A stretch of 45,496 bases of DNA from Sphingomonas sp. (GTDB lineage: Bacteria; Pseudomonadota; Alphaproteobacteria; Sphingomonadales; Sphingomonadaceae): positions 1 to 45,496 of the forward strand of contig JANNMK010000209.1 in the NCBI GenBank assembly GCA_031397785.1, given 5' to 3'. Below, in pieces: positions 19,640 to 31,126 of the stretch (positions are counted from its first letter, which is position 1; each line of letters begins with the position of its first letter). The notes under the pieces are model-generated. The model did not search any database, was not told the DNA's origin, and was given only the letters and a program-made list of their open reading frames with translations. The position numbers and the translations under genes are program-made.

Positions 19640-20826
19640 GCGGTTGCTTCTTTCTTCATGGGCAGGGCAACACTCGCCACTGCCTGCGCCGCGATGCCTT
19701 CACCGCGCCCGGTAAAACCCAGCCGCTCGGTCGTGGTTGCCTTTACCGACACATGATCGAGCGGCAATCCGCAAATTTCGGCGATCCGCGCCCTGATCGC
19801 ATCGCGGTGCGGCCCCACCTTCGGTGCTTCGCAAATGATAGTGCAGTCGACATGGTCGATCCGCCCGCCCTTGCCCCGCGCGAGCGCACAGGCATGCGCC
19901 AGAAACCGGTCCGACGCAGCCCCGCGCCATATCGGGTCGCTAGGCGGGAAATGCTGCCCGATATCGCCCTCGCCGATCGCCCCCAGCAGCGCATCGGTGA
20001 TCGCATGCAGCGCGACATCGGCATCGCTATGCCCCTCAAGGCCCCGATCATGCGCAATCCACACCCCGCCGAGCCACAGGCCATCGCCCGCAATCAGCCG
20101 GTGAACGTCATAGCCAGATCCCGCCGCATGGCGCCATGACGTCATAGTAGAACTCCCTGCCATAACCTGCTGCACCCGCTCGATGTCTCCGGGCAGGGTG
20201 ATCTTCTCCAGCATTCCGCTTCCGGCGACCATGACCACAGGCATCCCGGCTGCACGCACTATCTGTGCGTCGTCGGTCACCGCTTCGCCCGACCATGCTG
20301 CATGCGCACGCCGCAATTCGGTCAGCCGGAACGCCTGCGGGGTCTGCACCCGCATCACTACCGCGCGATCAACCGCCGCGCCCATGATTTCGCCCTCGCT
20401 GCGAGCGAGCGTATCGACCATCGGCATGACTGGAACCGCGCCGGCCACGCCCTTGTCACCGAACGCTGCCAGCAACCGGTCGATCACCCTTGCATCGAGC
20501 CCCGGTCGCGCCGCATCATGAATCAGCACCAGCGCCGCGTCCTCGACGCTCGCCAGCCCGGCCAGCACCGAATCCCGACGTTCCGCACCCCCGGTTACCA
20601 GCGTCACCGCCAGTCCTGCCAGCGCCATGCCTGCCGTCGCCTCATCGTCCACGCCGACCACCACTGTCACCGCGACGCAGGCGGGATGCGCGAGCATCGC
20701 TTCGACGCTCCACCGCACCATCGGTTTGCCGTCCAGCATGGCAAATTGCTTGGCCACGCCCAGGCCAGCGCGCACGCCCCGCCCGGCGGCAACGATTATC
20801 CCGTGAAAGATGAGGTCCGCGTTCAC
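19636..20826 (-). CDS. ispDF: Bifunctional IspD/IspF (MEP pathway)
   Basis: AAGRGVR...KQF, HDAARP and VQTPQAF (IspD); GYDVH, HSDADVALHA, DIGQHFPP and KATTTE (IspF). Confidence 0.95.
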   Translation of the reverse strand: MNADLIFHGIIVAAGRGVRAGLGVAKQFAMLDGKPMVRWSVEAMLAHPACVAVTVVVGVDDEATAGMALAGLAVTLVTGGAERRDSVLAGLASVEDAALVLIHDAARPGLDARVIDRLLAAFGDKGVAGAVPVMPMVDTLARSEGEIMGAAVDRAVVMRVQTPQAFRLTELRRAHAAWSGEAVTDDAQIVRAAGMPVVMVAGSGMLEKITLPGDIERVQQVMAGSSTMTSWRHAAGSGYDVHRLIAGDGLWLGGVWIAHDRGLEGHSDADVALHAITDALLGAIGEGDIGQHFPPSDPIWRGAASDRFLAHACALARGKGGRIDHVDCTIICEAPKVGPHRDAIRARIAEICGLPLDHVSVKATTTERLGFTGRGEGIAAQAVASVALPMKKEATA

Positions 20827-20961
20827 CGCGCGCGTCTAGCCGCCCGCGCCAGAGGTTGAAAGTCCCTGCCGGTTGCGCCTTCGCCAGCTTTGCCACCGGC
20901 TGGTCCCTGCCACCCTCTGGCCGCGGGCAATGTTGCACTGCGACACAATGCGATAGCACTC

Positions 20962-20978
20962 TGCCTCATTTTCTGGCA
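20962..20978. promoter_or_regulatory. Candidate NtrC-family binding palindrome upstream of dusB-ntrBC
   Basis: TGCC-TCATTTTCT-GGCA (TGC-N11-GCA, AT-rich core), 11 nt before the dusB ATG. Confidence 0.5.
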
Positions 20979-20989
20979 CTAGCCCCCTC

Positions 20990-22000
20990 ATGCCTCGCCT
21001 CAAGCCTATCCAAATCGGCCCGATCACGATTCCCACCCCCGTCATCCTCGCGCCGATGACCGGCGTGACAGACATGCCGTTTCGCGTCGCGGTGCGGCGC
21101 TATGGCTCGGGCCTCAACGTCACCGAGATGATCGCCAGCGCCGCGATGATCCGCGAAACGCGGCAGTCTTTGCAGAAATCGGCCTGGGACAGCGTCGAGG
21201 AACCGGTGTCGATGCAGCTTGCCGGTTGCTCACCCGCCGAAATGGCAGAGGCCGCCAAGCTCAATGCTGATCGCGGCGCGGCCATTATCGACATCAACAT
21301 GGGCTGCCCCGTCAAAAAAGTCGTCAATGGCGATGCCGGGTCCGCGCTGATGCGCGATCTGCCGCTCGCCGCCGCGCTCATCGCCGCAACGGTCAAGGCG
21401 GTCGATGTGCCCGTCACCGTCAAAATGCGGATGGGCTGGGATCACTCCAGCCTCAATGCGCCTGAACTCGCCCGTATCGCCCAGGATCTGGGCGCGCAGA
21501 TGATCACCGTCCACGGCCGCACCCGCAACCAGATGTACAAGGGCTCGGCCGACTGGGCCTTTGTCGCGCAGGTCAAACAGGCGGTGACCATTCCGGTCAT
21601 CGTCAATGGCGACATCTGTTCGGTGGACGACGCGCACACCGCCCTCGACCAGAGCGGCGCCGATGGCGTGATGATCGGTCGCGGCGCCTATGGCCGGCCA
21701 TGGTTGCTGGGGCAGGTGATGCGCGCGCTGGAGACGGGGGAAGCGGTGGCAGACCCCGGCATCGATGAGCAATATGCGCTGATTACCAGCCATTATCATG
21801 CGATGATGCAGCATTATGGCGAACAGGTTGGCGTGCCGATCGCCCGCAAACATCTTGGCTGGTACACCCGCGGCCTGCATGGCTCCGCCGAATTTCGCAA
21901 CATGGTCAACACTTTCGATAATGCCCGCGGCGTGCTCGACGCGCTGGCCCGCTTCTACGACCCGTGGCTCGCCCAAAAGGCGTGGCAGTCGGCGGCGTGA
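20990..22000 (+). CDS. dusB: tRNA-dihydrouridine synthase B (NifR3)
   Basis: [50 protein letters not shown]. Confidence 0.96.
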   Translation: MPRLKPIQIGPITIPTPVILAPMTGVTDMPFRVAVRRYGSGLNVTEMIASAAMIRETRQSLQKSAWDSVEEPVSMQLAGCSPAEMAEAAKLNADRGAAIIDINMGCPVKKVVNGDAGSALMRDLPLAAALIAATVKAVDVPVTVKMRMGWDHSSLNAPELARIAQDLGAQMITVHGRTRNQMYKGSADWAFVAQVKQAVTIPVIVNGDICSVDDAHTALDQSGADGVMIGRGAYGRPWLLGQVMRALETGEAVADPGIDEQYALITSHYHAMMQHYGEQVGVPIARKHLGWYTRGLHGSAEFRNMVNTFDNARGVLDALARFYDPWLAQKAWQSAA

Positions 22001-23106
22001 ATGATGGCGGCCCGGCTGGTGCGCCGCCGGACCATCCGGTGGCGTTCGAACTGATGCAGGCGCATCCGGTGCCGACCCTGCTCATCGACCGGGACGGGAC
22101 CACGCTCGACGTCAATCAGGCGGCCGAAACGCTGCTCAACCGCGCGCGTGCCGCCTTGCTCGGCCGCACGCTCGGTTCTGTTCTACCATGGCGCGATGGT
22201 GACGATCTGACCCGGCTGCTCGCCGAACCGGGCAAAAGCGTCTGGGCCTATTCGGTCGAGCTGCTGCTCGATGTCGCCAATCCGCTGTTCGCCGACATCG
22301 CGCTCGGTCCGGTCAATCCGGACAGCGGCTGGCGGGTGATTGCGGTCCATCCGGTGCCGCGTGGCGGGCGGATGCCCTTTCGCCGTCCGGGCGCTGCGGC
22401 GCGCTCTGCCGGGGCCGCCGCGGCAATGCTGGCGCATGAGATAAAAAATCCGCTGTCGGGCATTCGCGGTGCCGCCCAACTGCTGGGAAAGGGAGAGGAT
22501 GCCAATGCCGCCTCGCTGTCGCGGCTCATCGTGGGGGAGGTTGACCGGGTCGCTGCGCTGATCGATTCGATGCAGGGCTTCACGCGCGATACGCCGCCGC
22601 AACGCAGCTCGATCAACATCTATCCCGCCATCGGGCAGGCGCGCGGCATCGCCGCACAGGGCTTTGCCGCGCATGCCCATTTTTCCGAAGAATTTGATCC
22701 GTCGCTGCCGCGTGTCCTCGGCAATCATGACGCGCTGGTGCAAATCCTGATCAATCTTATCAAAAATGCCACCGAAGCCACTCTGGATAGGGACAATCTG
22801 TCGATCCGCCTCGGCACCGCCTATCGCCATGGCCTGTCATGGGATGCGGGCGACGGACGCGGGCATCAGCCCTTGCCGATCGAAATCACGGTTGCCGACA
22901 ATGGCCCCGGCGTTCCCGACCATCTCGCCGATGCGCTGTTCGATCCCTTTGTCACCGGTAAACGCGATGGTCAGGGGCTCGGCCTGGCTCTGGTCGACAA
23001 GCTTGTTCGCGACATGGGCGGGGTGGTCCAGCATGATCGTCAGTCGGGCTGGACCCGGTTTCGTCTGCACTTGCCCGTCGCTGCCATGATAGCCGGAGAA
23101 ATCTGA
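21997..23106 (+). CDS. ntrB: Nitrogen regulation sensor kinase NtrB
   Basis: PAS N-terminus; [18 protein letters not shown]; NLIKNA; DNGPG; GLGL; GTGA overlap with dusB. Confidence 0.92.
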   Translation: MNDGGPAGAPPDHPVAFELMQAHPVPTLLIDRDGTTLDVNQAAETLLNRARAALLGRTLGSVLPWRDGDDLTRLLAEPGKSVWAYSVELLLDVANPLFADIALGPVNPDSGWRVIAVHPVPRGGRMPFRRPGAAARSAGAAAAMLAHEIKNPLSGIRGAAQLLGKGEDANAASLSRLIVGEVDRVAALIDSMQGFTRDTPPQRSSINIYPAIGQARGIAAQGFAAHAHFSEEFDPSLPRVLGNHDALVQILINLIKNATEATLDRDNLSIRLGTAYRHGLSWDAGDGRGHQPLPIEITVADNGPGVPDHLADALFDPFVTGKRDGQGLGLALVDKLVRDMGGVVQHDRQSGWTRFRLHLPVAAMIAGEI

Positions 23107-24533
23107 TGCGCGGTGCTGCCATATTATTGGTCGAAGATGATGTTGCCATCGTCACCGTCATCCGCGTCGCGCTGGAAAATGAATCCGTCCGTCTCGATGC
23201 GGTCGACAGCATCGCGGCGCGCGACGCCGCGCTGGCCGCCAATCGTTACGACTGCCTGCTGACCGACGTCATGCTGCCCGATGGCAATGGCCTCGCTGGC
23301 CTGTCCGGGCTGGTCGACGCCAGCGGCACATTGCCCCCGGTCATCGTCCTGTCGGCGCAGAATACGCTCGATACGGCGGTGCGCGCCTCCGAACAGGGCG
23401 CGTTCGACTATCTGCCCAAACCCTTTGATCTCGACGAACTGGTCGATGCACTGCGCGCCGCCGTGCAGCGCCACAAGGCCGCCGGCGACGGCGCGGGGCA
23501 GGGTGATGCGGCGCCAGCCGAAGACCAGGGCAGCCTGCCGATCATCGGTCGCTCTGCGGCGATGCAGCAGGTTTACCGCACGCTGGCCCGCGTGGCTCCG
23601 ACCGACCTTAGTGTGCTCATCTTGGGCGAATCGGGCACCGGCAAGGAACTGGTGGCCCAGGCGATCCATGACAGCAGCCGCCGTCGCTCCCGTCCGTTCA
23701 TCGCGGTCAATATGGCTGCCATCCCGCGCGACCTCATCGAATCCGAACTGTTCGGTCATGAAAAAGGGGCGTTTACCGGTGCTGTCGCGCGCACCAGCGG
23801 TCGGTTCGAACAGGCCGAAGGGGGCACATTGTTCCTCGACGAAATCGGCGACATGCCGATAGAGGCGCAAACCCGCCTGCTGCGCGTGCTTCAGTCAGGC
23901 GATTATTCGCCGGTCGGGTCGTCGCGTGTCTTGCGCGCCGATGTGCGCATCATTGCCGCCACCAACCAGGATCTGCTGGCATTGGTCGGCACGGGTCGCT
24001 TTCGCGAAGATCTTTACTACCGGCTCAATGTCATCCCGATGGCGCTGCCACCCTTGCGTGAACGTCGCAGCGACATTGCGCTGCTTGCTGATCATTTTCT
24101 TGCGCAGGGAACCGAACTCGGGCTCGCCCGCAAAAGGCTCTCGGCTGACGCCATGGCGGCACTCTCGCGCTATGGCTGGCCGGGCAATGTCCGCGAACTC
24201 GGCAATGCCATGCAGCGTCTGGCGCTGCTCACCCGCGGTCAGGAAATCGGCCGCGAAGATGTGCTGCGTCTGCTGGGAGACGCAGTGCGGCACGACAGCC
24301 ATGGCGAAGATGCCGATCCGGCGGACCGGCTGACCGCCGCCATCCGGCTGTGGCTCGACAGCGCGGTGGCCAGCGCAGCCGCCGAACAGGGCGATCTGCA
24401 TGGCGCGATCGTCGGCTTCGTCGAATCCGTGGTGATCGATGCCGTGCTCGATTCGACTGGCGGCAATCAGGTGCGCGCCGCCGCCATCCTCGGCATCAAT
24501 CGCAACACGTTGCGGCTCAAACGCCGCAGTTGA
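23106..24533 (+). CDS. ntrC: Sigma-54 response regulator NtrC
   Basis: Receiver domain; GESGTGKE; [13 protein letters not shown]; WPGNVREL; Fis-type [11 protein letters not shown]. Confidence 0.95.
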   Translation: MRGAAILLVEDDVAIVTVIRVALENESVRLDAVDSIAARDAALAANRYDCLLTDVMLPDGNGLAGLSGLVDASGTLPPVIVLSAQNTLDTAVRASEQGAFDYLPKPFDLDELVDALRAAVQRHKAAGDGAGQGDAAPAEDQGSLPIIGRSAAMQQVYRTLARVAPTDLSVLILGESGTGKELVAQAIHDSSRRRSRPFIAVNMAAIPRDLIESELFGHEKGAFTGAVARTSGRFEQAEGGTLFLDEIGDMPIEAQTRLLRVLQSGDYSPVGSSRVLRADVRIIAATNQDLLALVGTGRFREDLYYRLNVIPMALPPLRERRSDIALLADHFLAQGTELGLARKRLSADAMAALSRYGWPGNVRELGNAMQRLALLTRGQEIGREDVLRLLGDAVRHDSHGEDADPADRLTAAIRLWLDSAVASAAAEQGDLHGAIVGFVESVVIDAVLDSTGGNQVRAAAILGINRNTLRLKRRS

Positions 24534-24624
24534 GCGGCAGGACGCCATAAATCGGTGCCGAGCCGTCATCATCCCGACATAATGTGTGCTTGTTTGGCAA
24601 CAGTTTCGATGTATCGTGGCAACA

Positions 24625-26862
24625 ATGCCCCCCGCTGCCGTCCTGCCGAACACTCACTCCGCCGCTGCTGACAGCGCGGTCGGCAGCGGGCCGGTGAAAA
24701 TGCGCATTGCCGCGCCGCAACGCCACTGGACCGCCTGGGCGGAACCTGCGGTGCTGATCGTCCTGCTGGCGACCGCAGCGGTTTCGGCGATGGCGGTGCC
24801 CGGTGTTGAACAGCGTGCCTTGCTGTCGCCGTGGGAAGTGGCGCTACTGCTGGTCGCCAATCTGCTGCCCGCCATGGCGCTGATGGTGCTGGCCGGTCGT
24901 CGTATCGCCCGTCGGCGGGTAAAGGCGCGCGGCGGGGGGGAGGCACGGCTGCATATGCGGCTGGTCGCGCTGTTTTCGGTCACTGCCGCAGTGCCGACCA
25001 TGCTCGTGGTGATTTTCTCGTCCTTCCTGTTTCAGTCGGGAATGGACTTCTGGTTTTCGGACCGTTCGCGCGGCATGTTCGAAAATGCGGTCAGCGTGGC
25101 GCAAAATTATTTCGAGAATGAAAAGCGCGACGTCGGGGCCAACACGCTCGCCATGGCCACCGATTTACGCGCCGAGCTTGGCCGATCGCCGATCGATAGC
25201 GAGCAATTCTACGATTTCTACGTCCAGCAGGTGGTGGTGCGTGAACTGGGCGAATCGGCGATTATCGAAATCGGTGCGGATGGCATCGCGCGGACGCCCG
25301 TCGCCATCGATCCGGGCAACCGCGCCGCCAGCAACCGGCTGAAAAGCGAAGCCATCGCCGCGCTCGCCAGCGGCCAGGAAATCGTCACAAGCGAAACCGG
25401 CGATGGGGTGGATGCAGTGGTCCGTCTGTTGTCCGATCGCCCGGTCTATCTCTATTCCGCGCGTGGATCGACGGTGCTGGGGCTCGAATCGCCGCAGCGC
25501 GCGCGGTCGGTCTTCGCCGATTACAACGCGCTGTTCGCCAGTTCGCGCAGCCTCCAGTTCCGGTTTATCCTGGCGCTATATATCGGCAGTCTCGTGCTGG
25601 TCGGCCTTGTGATCGTCGTCGCGATCCTGGTTGCCGACCGCATCGTCAGCCCGATCGACGATCTGGTCAGCGCATCGCAACGCATCGCCGCCGGCAATCT
25701 GGAGGCGCGGGTCCGCACCGCGCGCGGCCGCCCGGATGAAATCGACATGCTGGGGGATGCGTTCAACCGCATGACCGAACGATTGGGGGAACAGACCCGC
25801 GACCTGCTCGACGCCAACGAACAGATTGAAAATCGCCGCGCCTTTATCGAAGCGGTGTTGTCGGCGGTTGCCTCGGGGGTGGTCAGCCTGTCGCCCGACC
25901 GCCGCATCCTGCTGGTCAATGCCGCCGCTGCGCGCATGCTTGGTCGCGAACCGGCGGCCTTGACCGGCGTGCCGCTGGCCGATGTGATGCCGGAACTTGC
26001 CCGCTGGATCGACGAAAGCGGCGGCGATCCCATTCTTGCCGTCGACATAGACGGCGATCCGCGCACCTGGGCGGCAAAAATCGTCAGCGACGATCATGGC
26101 CCGGTGCTGACCTTTGAAGATATCACCCAGCAATTACTCGATCAGCGCCGTGCCGCCTGGTCCGACGTCGCGCGCCGCATCGCGCATGAAATCAAAAACC
26201 CGCTGACACCGATCCAGCTTGCCGCGGAACGGCTGCAACGCCGCTTCGGTAAAGGGCAGGGGGACGATGGCGAAATGTTTGCCAAGCTGACCTCGACCAT
26301 TGTTCGCCAGGTCGGCGACTTACGCGGCATGGTGGACGAGTTTTCCAGCTTTGCCCGCATGCCAAAACCCGTTTTCCGGCTTGATAATATCGGCGATGCG
26401 CTGCGTCAGAGCATTTTTCTGCACGAAGTCGCCCGCCCAGACATCGCTTTTTCGGTTGGCTTGCCCGATGTCCCCGCAATGGTCGTCTGCGACCGCCGCC
26501 TGCTCAGCCAGGCATTCACAAACCTCATAAAAAACGCAGTCGAAGCGATTGATCGCAAGACAGCAGCAGGCGGCAGCATCGCCGCTGCGCTGCAGCTCGT
26601 CGATGACCGGCTGTGCATCACCATCGCCGATAATGGCATCGGCCTGCCACCGGATCGCGACAGTATCGTCGAACCCTATGTAACCACCCGCGACGGCGGC
26701 ACGGGCCTCGGCCTCGCCATCGTCAAAAAAATCGTCGAAGAACATAGCGGCACGCTGCGCTTCACCGATCGCACCGGCGGCGGCACCACCGCCGAAATCA
26801 TTCTCTATCCGAAACAACTTCTCGACCACGGCAATCAGCCGGTTGAAGGGAAATACAAATAA
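24625..26862 (+). CDS. ntrY: Sensor histidine kinase NtrY
   Basis: TM helices, HAMP and PAS domains; [22 protein letters not shown]; EFSSFARMP; start uncertain. Confidence 0.92.
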   Translation: MPPAAVLPNTHSAAADSAVGSGPVKMRIAAPQRHWTAWAEPAVLIVLLATAAVSAMAVPGVEQRALLSPWEVALLLVANLLPAMALMVLAGRRIARRRVKARGGGEARLHMRLVALFSVTAAVPTMLVVIFSSFLFQSGMDFWFSDRSRGMFENAVSVAQNYFENEKRDVGANTLAMATDLRAELGRSPIDSEQFYDFYVQQVVVRELGESAIIEIGADGIARTPVAIDPGNRAASNRLKSEAIAALASGQEIVTSETGDGVDAVVRLLSDRPVYLYSARGSTVLGLESPQRARSVFADYNALFASSRSLQFRFILALYIGSLVLVGLVIVVAILVADRIVSPIDDLVSASQRIAAGNLEARVRTARGRPDEIDMLGDAFNRMTERLGEQTRDLLDANEQIENRRAFIEAVLSAVASGVVSLSPDRRILLVNAAAARMLGREPAALTGVPLADVMPELARWIDESGGDPILAVDIDGDPRTWAAKIVSDDHGPVLTFEDITQQLLDQRRAAWSDVARRIAHEIKNPLTPIQLAAERLQRRFGKGQGDDGEMFAKLTSTIVRQVGDLRGMVDEFSSFARMPKPVFRLDNIGDALRQSIFLHEVARPDIAFSVGLPDVPAMVVCDRRLLSQAFTNLIKNAVEAIDRKTAAGGSIAAALQLVDDRLCITIADNGIGLPPDRDSIVEPYVTTRDGGTGLGLAIVKKIVEEHSGTLRFTDRTGGGTTAEIILYPKQLLDHGNQPVEGKYK

Positions 26863-28244
26863 TGGCCCTCGACATCCTCGTCGTCGACGACGAAGCCGAC
26901 ATCCGCGATCTGGTCGCCGGCGTTATGGAGGACGAAGGCTTTGCAGCCCGCACCGCAGCCAACAGCGACGAGGCGCTGGCAGCGCTCGGTGAACGCCGCC
27001 CTTCGCTGGTTCTACTCGATGTCTGGCTCGAAGGGTCGAAACTCGATGGTCTTGATCTTTTGGAAGAGATCAAGCGCCGTGATCCCACGATCCCCGTGCT
27101 GGTCATATCCGGCCATGGCAATCTCGACACCGCCGTCGCTGCCATCCGCCGCGGTGCAGTTGATTTCATCGAAAAACCATTCGAAGCCGAACGGCTGCTC
27201 TACCTGGTTGCCCGCGCAACGGAAACCGACCGCCTGCGGCAGGAAAATCAACTCCTCAAAGCTCAGCTAGGCCAAAGCGATGAACTGAACGGCGTCAGCC
27301 CCGCCATAAACAACGTTCGCGCCACGTTGAAACGCGTCGCCTCGACGGGAAGCCGCGTGCTGATCACTGGACCTGCAGGTGTTGGAAAAGAAGTCGCTGC
27401 GCGCTTGCTTCACAATTGGAGTGGTCGTGCCCAAGCGCCGTTTGTCGTAGTTGCCTCGGCCAGCATGGAACCAGAAACAGTTGAAGCAGAATTGTTCGGC
27501 AGCGAACGCGAAGACGGCTCAGCAATCCCCGGGTTGCTCGAACGCGCCCATGGCGGCACGCTATTTCTCGATGAAATTGCGGACATGCCGCTGACTACAC
27601 AGGGTAAGATCCTGCGCGTTCTAACCGACCAGAGTTTTAACCGCATCGGCGGCACCCGTATAGTCCGCGTTGATGTGCGTATTGTGTCGGCTACATCGCG
27701 TGATCTTGAAGAGGAGATGGTAGCAAAGCGATTTCGAGAAGATCTTTTTTATCGACTCAACGTGGTCCCTGTTCATTTGCCGCCACTTAGCGAACGGCGT
27801 GCCGATATCGCATTACTCGCGCAGCATTTTCTTGGCCGCCTCGCAGCTGAACGGCGCGTTCCCAGTCCAGAGATATCGACCGATGCTATGGCAGCTCTCC
27901 AAGCGTGCAACTGGCCTGGCAATGTGCGCCAGTTGCGCAATGTGATGGAACGCGTGATGATTTTGGCTCCGCAAGCCCGCTTGTCGTGCATTGAAATGGA
28001 CATGCTGCCTACTGAGGTTATTGGCAGTGAACCGGACAATGGCCGTGGCACTGCAATGTTAATGGGCGCTTCATTGCGTGAGGCGCGCGAGGCGTTCGAG
28101 CGGGAATATCTAAGAGTTCAGATTCGCCGTTTTGCTGGAAATGTCTCTCGGACTGCAACATTCATCGGCATGGAACGCTCGGCGCTTCATCGTAAACTCA
28201 AGCTCCTAGGCCTTACCGATGATCGCAGTGACGATCAGCCATAA
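26862..28244 (+). CDS. ntrX: Response regulator NtrX
   Basis: MALDILVVDDEADIR; ISGHGN; AAA+ domain lacking GAFTGA; GMERSALHRKLK. Confidence 0.94.
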   Translation: MALDILVVDDEADIRDLVAGVMEDEGFAARTAANSDEALAALGERRPSLVLLDVWLEGSKLDGLDLLEEIKRRDPTIPVLVISGHGNLDTAVAAIRRGAVDFIEKPFEAERLLYLVARATETDRLRQENQLLKAQLGQSDELNGVSPAINNVRATLKRVASTGSRVLITGPAGVGKEVAARLLHNWSGRAQAPFVVVASASMEPETVEAELFGSEREDGSAIPGLLERAHGGTLFLDEIADMPLTTQGKILRVLTDQSFNRIGGTRIVRVDVRIVSATSRDLEEEMVAKRFREDLFYRLNVVPVHLPPLSERRADIALLAQHFLGRLAAERRVPSPEISTDAMAALQACNWPGNVRQLRNVMERVMILAPQARLSCIEMDMLPTEVIGSEPDNGRGTAMLMGASLREAREAFEREYLRVQIRRFAGNVSRTATFIGMERSALHRKLKLLGLTDDRSDDQP

Positions 28245-28382
28245 TGTAAGCCAGCAGCGCGATGGATGATCACACGTGATTGCATCACGAATCAAAAATG
28301 CTATCCTTCGATACGAGGGCTACGGTCATAACCAGCTCTCAATGCGGTTCGCATCTCACGCCGCCAAAAAGAGGACAAAAAA

Positions 28383-28880
28383 ATGAGCACGAAAGCCAAT
28401 AACCTCCAAGATATCTTTCTCAATCAACTGCGTCGTTCAAAGACGCCAGTGACCATGTTCCTCGTCAAAGGTGTCAAACTTCAGGGCATCATTACGTGGT
28501 TTGATAATTTTTCGGTCCTGCTGCGCCGCGATGGGCAATCGCAATTGGTTTACAAGCACGCCATTTCGACGATCATGCCAGGTCATGGGTTTGACGCGGT
28601 TCCCGTCCGCGAAGCATTTGGGGATGGAACAGCCAAATCAAAGTTGCTGCAGGAGGTTTTTCTTTCAGCGGTTCAGCGTTCAGGTCAGTCCGTTACCATG
28701 TTTCTGGTAAACGGCGTCATGCTTCAGGGCGAAATCGCTGCTTATGATCTTTTCTGTGTTATGCTCGAGCGCGATCGGGCGGCGCAATTAGTTTATAAAC
28801 ATGCCATTTCTACGGTGCAACCCTCTGGTCCAGTCAACCTTAACGCCACTGATGAAGATGGCGCGGTTATTGAAGATTGA
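28383..28880 (+). CDS. hfq: RNA chaperone Hfq with two tandem Sm domains
   Basis: Two copies of LQ(D/E)xFL...VTMFLV(K/N)GV.LQG...[10 protein letters not shown]. Confidence 0.95.
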   Translation: MSTKANNLQDIFLNQLRRSKTPVTMFLVKGVKLQGIITWFDNFSVLLRRDGQSQLVYKHAISTIMPGHGFDAVPVREAFGDGTAKSKLLQEVFLSAVQRSGQSVTMFLVNGVMLQGEIAAYDLFCVMLERDRAAQLVYKHAISTVQPSGPVNLNATDEDGAVIED

Positions 28881-30289
28881 GCTTTTCTGCCGAGCGACAG
28901 GATGTTGCACGTGGCGCGCGTACTGCCTTGTGGTTGCCTGACTTGCCCAGCAATGCGGCAAGTACGGCACACGAGCCAGGTTTACGGCGGAATCGCCATG
29001 CCCGCCTGGAAGAAGCGCAAGGTTTGGCGCTGGCCATTGGCCTTGATGTGGTAACTCACCAGATCGTCACCATTCGAAAGGTGAGTTCAGCAACACTTTT
29101 CGGAAAAGGCCAAGTTGAGGCACTGGCCGCCGACGTGGAGGACAAGGAGGTTGAGCTTGTCATCGTCGATTGCGCATTATCTCCGACTCAGCAGCGTAAC
29201 CTAGAAACAGCGGTGAAAGCTAAGGTGATCGATCGGACCGCGCTTATTCTAGAAATTTTTGGCGAACGAGCGGCCTCCGCCGAGGGGCGATTGCAGGTCG
29301 AACTTGCTCATCTGGATTATCATCAGGGCAGGCTGGTTCGCAGTTGGACCCACTTGGAACGGCAACGGGGCGGTTTCGGATTTCTGGGTGGTCCTGGCGA
29401 AACGCAGATCGAGGCTGACCGCCGAATGATCCGTGACCGCATGGGACGTTTGCGTCGCAGTCTTGAGGATGTTCGCCGCACTCGCGCGCTCCATCGCGAC
29501 CGCCGTAAACGAGCGCCGTGGCCTGTTGTAGCGTTAGTTGGGTATACAAATGCTGGTAAATCGACGCTTTTCAATAGCCTATCTGCCAGTGTGGTATTAG
29601 CCGATAATCTGCTCTTCGCGACACTCGATCCCACGATGCGACAAATCCCGGTTGAGGGGTTGGGCAAAGTGATCTTATCAGACACGGTCGGCTTCGTCTC
29701 CGATCTTCCAACCCAACTGGTCGCCGCGTTTAGGGCCACTTTAGAAGAAGTCGAAGCTGCCGATATTCTCCTTCACATCCGTGACATCAGCCACCACGAT
29801 ACCGAAGCGCAGCGCAACGACGTTCTGTCCGTGCTCGGCGGTCTTGGTATCGGCCCGCAAGCTGACCTCCAAAACACGCGCCGCAAGGAGGGGAAGCAGC
29901 AGCGGCGATCTCCCAAGGATAATCAGCGAGAACCCGAACCAATATTGGCTTCACCGCCGATTATCGAGGTGCACAATAAAATCGATATGCTGGTTGGCGA
30001 CGCCCACGACCAGGCGATCAACGCCGCAACCAATAACGGCGCAGTTGCCGTGTCTGCGCTTACCAGGGAAGGTATCAGCAGCTTGCTAGCGAGGCTAACC
30101 AGCGCGCTGGGCGGTAACGAGGTCGAACGCTATGTCAGCCTGTCGAATGGCGATGGGGCAACGCTGGCATGGCTTCATCGGAATAGCCGTATCATTGCAT
30201 ATGAGAAGGAAGGGGACCACCACTGTCGTTATCGTATCGCTTTGTCAGTTGCCAACAACGCCCGGTTGAGCAAAATATTGGCAGACTAG
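28877..30289 (+). CDS. hflX: Ribosome-splitting GTPase HflX
   Basis: [46 protein letters not shown]; TTGA overlap with hfq. Confidence 0.95.
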   Translation: MSFSAERQDVARGARTALWLPDLPSNAASTAHEPGLRRNRHARLEEAQGLALAIGLDVVTHQIVTIRKVSSATLFGKGQVEALAADVEDKEVELVIVDCALSPTQQRNLETAVKAKVIDRTALILEIFGERAASAEGRLQVELAHLDYHQGRLVRSWTHLERQRGGFGFLGGPGETQIEADRRMIRDRMGRLRRSLEDVRRTRALHRDRRKRAPWPVVALVGYTNAGKSTLFNSLSASVVLADNLLFATLDPTMRQIPVEGLGKVILSDTVGFVSDLPTQLVAAFRATLEEVEAADILLHIRDISHHDTEAQRNDVLSVLGGLGIGPQADLQNTRRKEGKQQRRSPKDNQREPEPILASPPIIEVHNKIDMLVGDAHDQAINAATNNGAVAVSALTREGISSLLARLTSALGGNEVERYVSLSNGDGATLAWLHRNSRIIAYEKEGDHHCRYRIALSVANNARLSKILAD

Positions 30290-30306
30290 CTGTTCTAAAT
30301 TGGCGG

Positions 30307-31095
30307 TTATCCGCGCTCAGCTCGCTTTGCCTGGTCCCATAATATGTTAAGCGCATCGATCCCCATCTGTGTCCACGGCCGGTCAGCCAGCGCTTCCAGC
30401 CGCTGAAAGCGAGCCTCAAAACGGATGTTGGTGTCGCGTAGTGCCGCTTCGGGATCGATACCGTGATGGCGTGCCCAATTGACCACCGAAAATAGCAGAT
30501 CGCCTATCTCTCCGGCGAGCGCATCGCTTCCCAGTGATGCTTCGCATTCGGCGATTTCCTCGTCGATCTTCGCGCGCGGCCCGGAGGCATCGGGCCAATC
30601 GAAACCGACACGTGCTGCGCGCTTCTGGAGCTTTTCGGCACGCAGCAGAGCGGGGAGACCGAGCGCAACACCGGATAGAGCGCCCTGTTGTCCAGAATCG
30701 CGGCGTTCCGCAGCCTTCATTGCTTCCCAGGCTACCGTTTGTGTGGTGCTGTCCCGATCGTCTGCTTTTGCATAGACATGCGGATGGCGGGCGATCATCT
30801 TTGTGCAGACTGCCGTGACGACATCAGCGAAGGTGAAGGCGTTGCGTTCCTCGGCGAGGCGGCTGTGGTAGACGACTTGCAGCAGCAGGTCGCCGAGTTC
30901 TCCCTTGAGATCGGCCATGTCGTTGCGGGCAATGGCATCGGCGACTTCGTAGGCTTCTTCGATGGTGTAAGGCGCGATGCTGGCGAAATCCTGGTCTCGG
31001 TCCCAGGGACAGCCGGAAAGCGGATTGCGCAGATCTGCAAGGATCTGGACCAGCGATGCGATGCTGTGTGGGGGGAGGGGTGGAGTTATTTGCAT
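30307..31095 (-). CDS. mazG: Nucleoside triphosphate pyrophosphohydrolase MazG
   Basis: GCPWDRDQ, EEAYEVADAI, ELGDLLLQV, RHPHV, GFDW, EIGDLLF. Confidence 0.95.
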   Translation of the reverse strand: MQITPPLPPHSIASLVQILADLRNPLSGCPWDRDQDFASIAPYTIEEAYEVADAIARNDMADLKGELGDLLLQVVYHSRLAEERNAFTFADVVTAVCTKMIARHPHVYAKADDRDSTTQTVAWEAMKAAERRDSGQQGALSGVALGLPALLRAEKLQKRAARVGFDWPDASGPRAKIDEEIAECEASLGSDALAGEIGDLLFSVVNWARHHGIDPEAALRDTNIRFEARFQRLEALADRPWTQMGIDALNILWDQAKRAERG

Positions 31096-31126
31096 TTCGG
31101 TTCAACCGCCTGATTTGCGTTTATGA

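Noticed and set aside
28275-28289. Palindrome CGTGAT-TGC-ATCACG upstream of hfq as an FNR/FixK box
   Set aside because: The spacing (N3) and half-sites do not match TTGAT-N4-ATCAA, and I cannot assign a factor.
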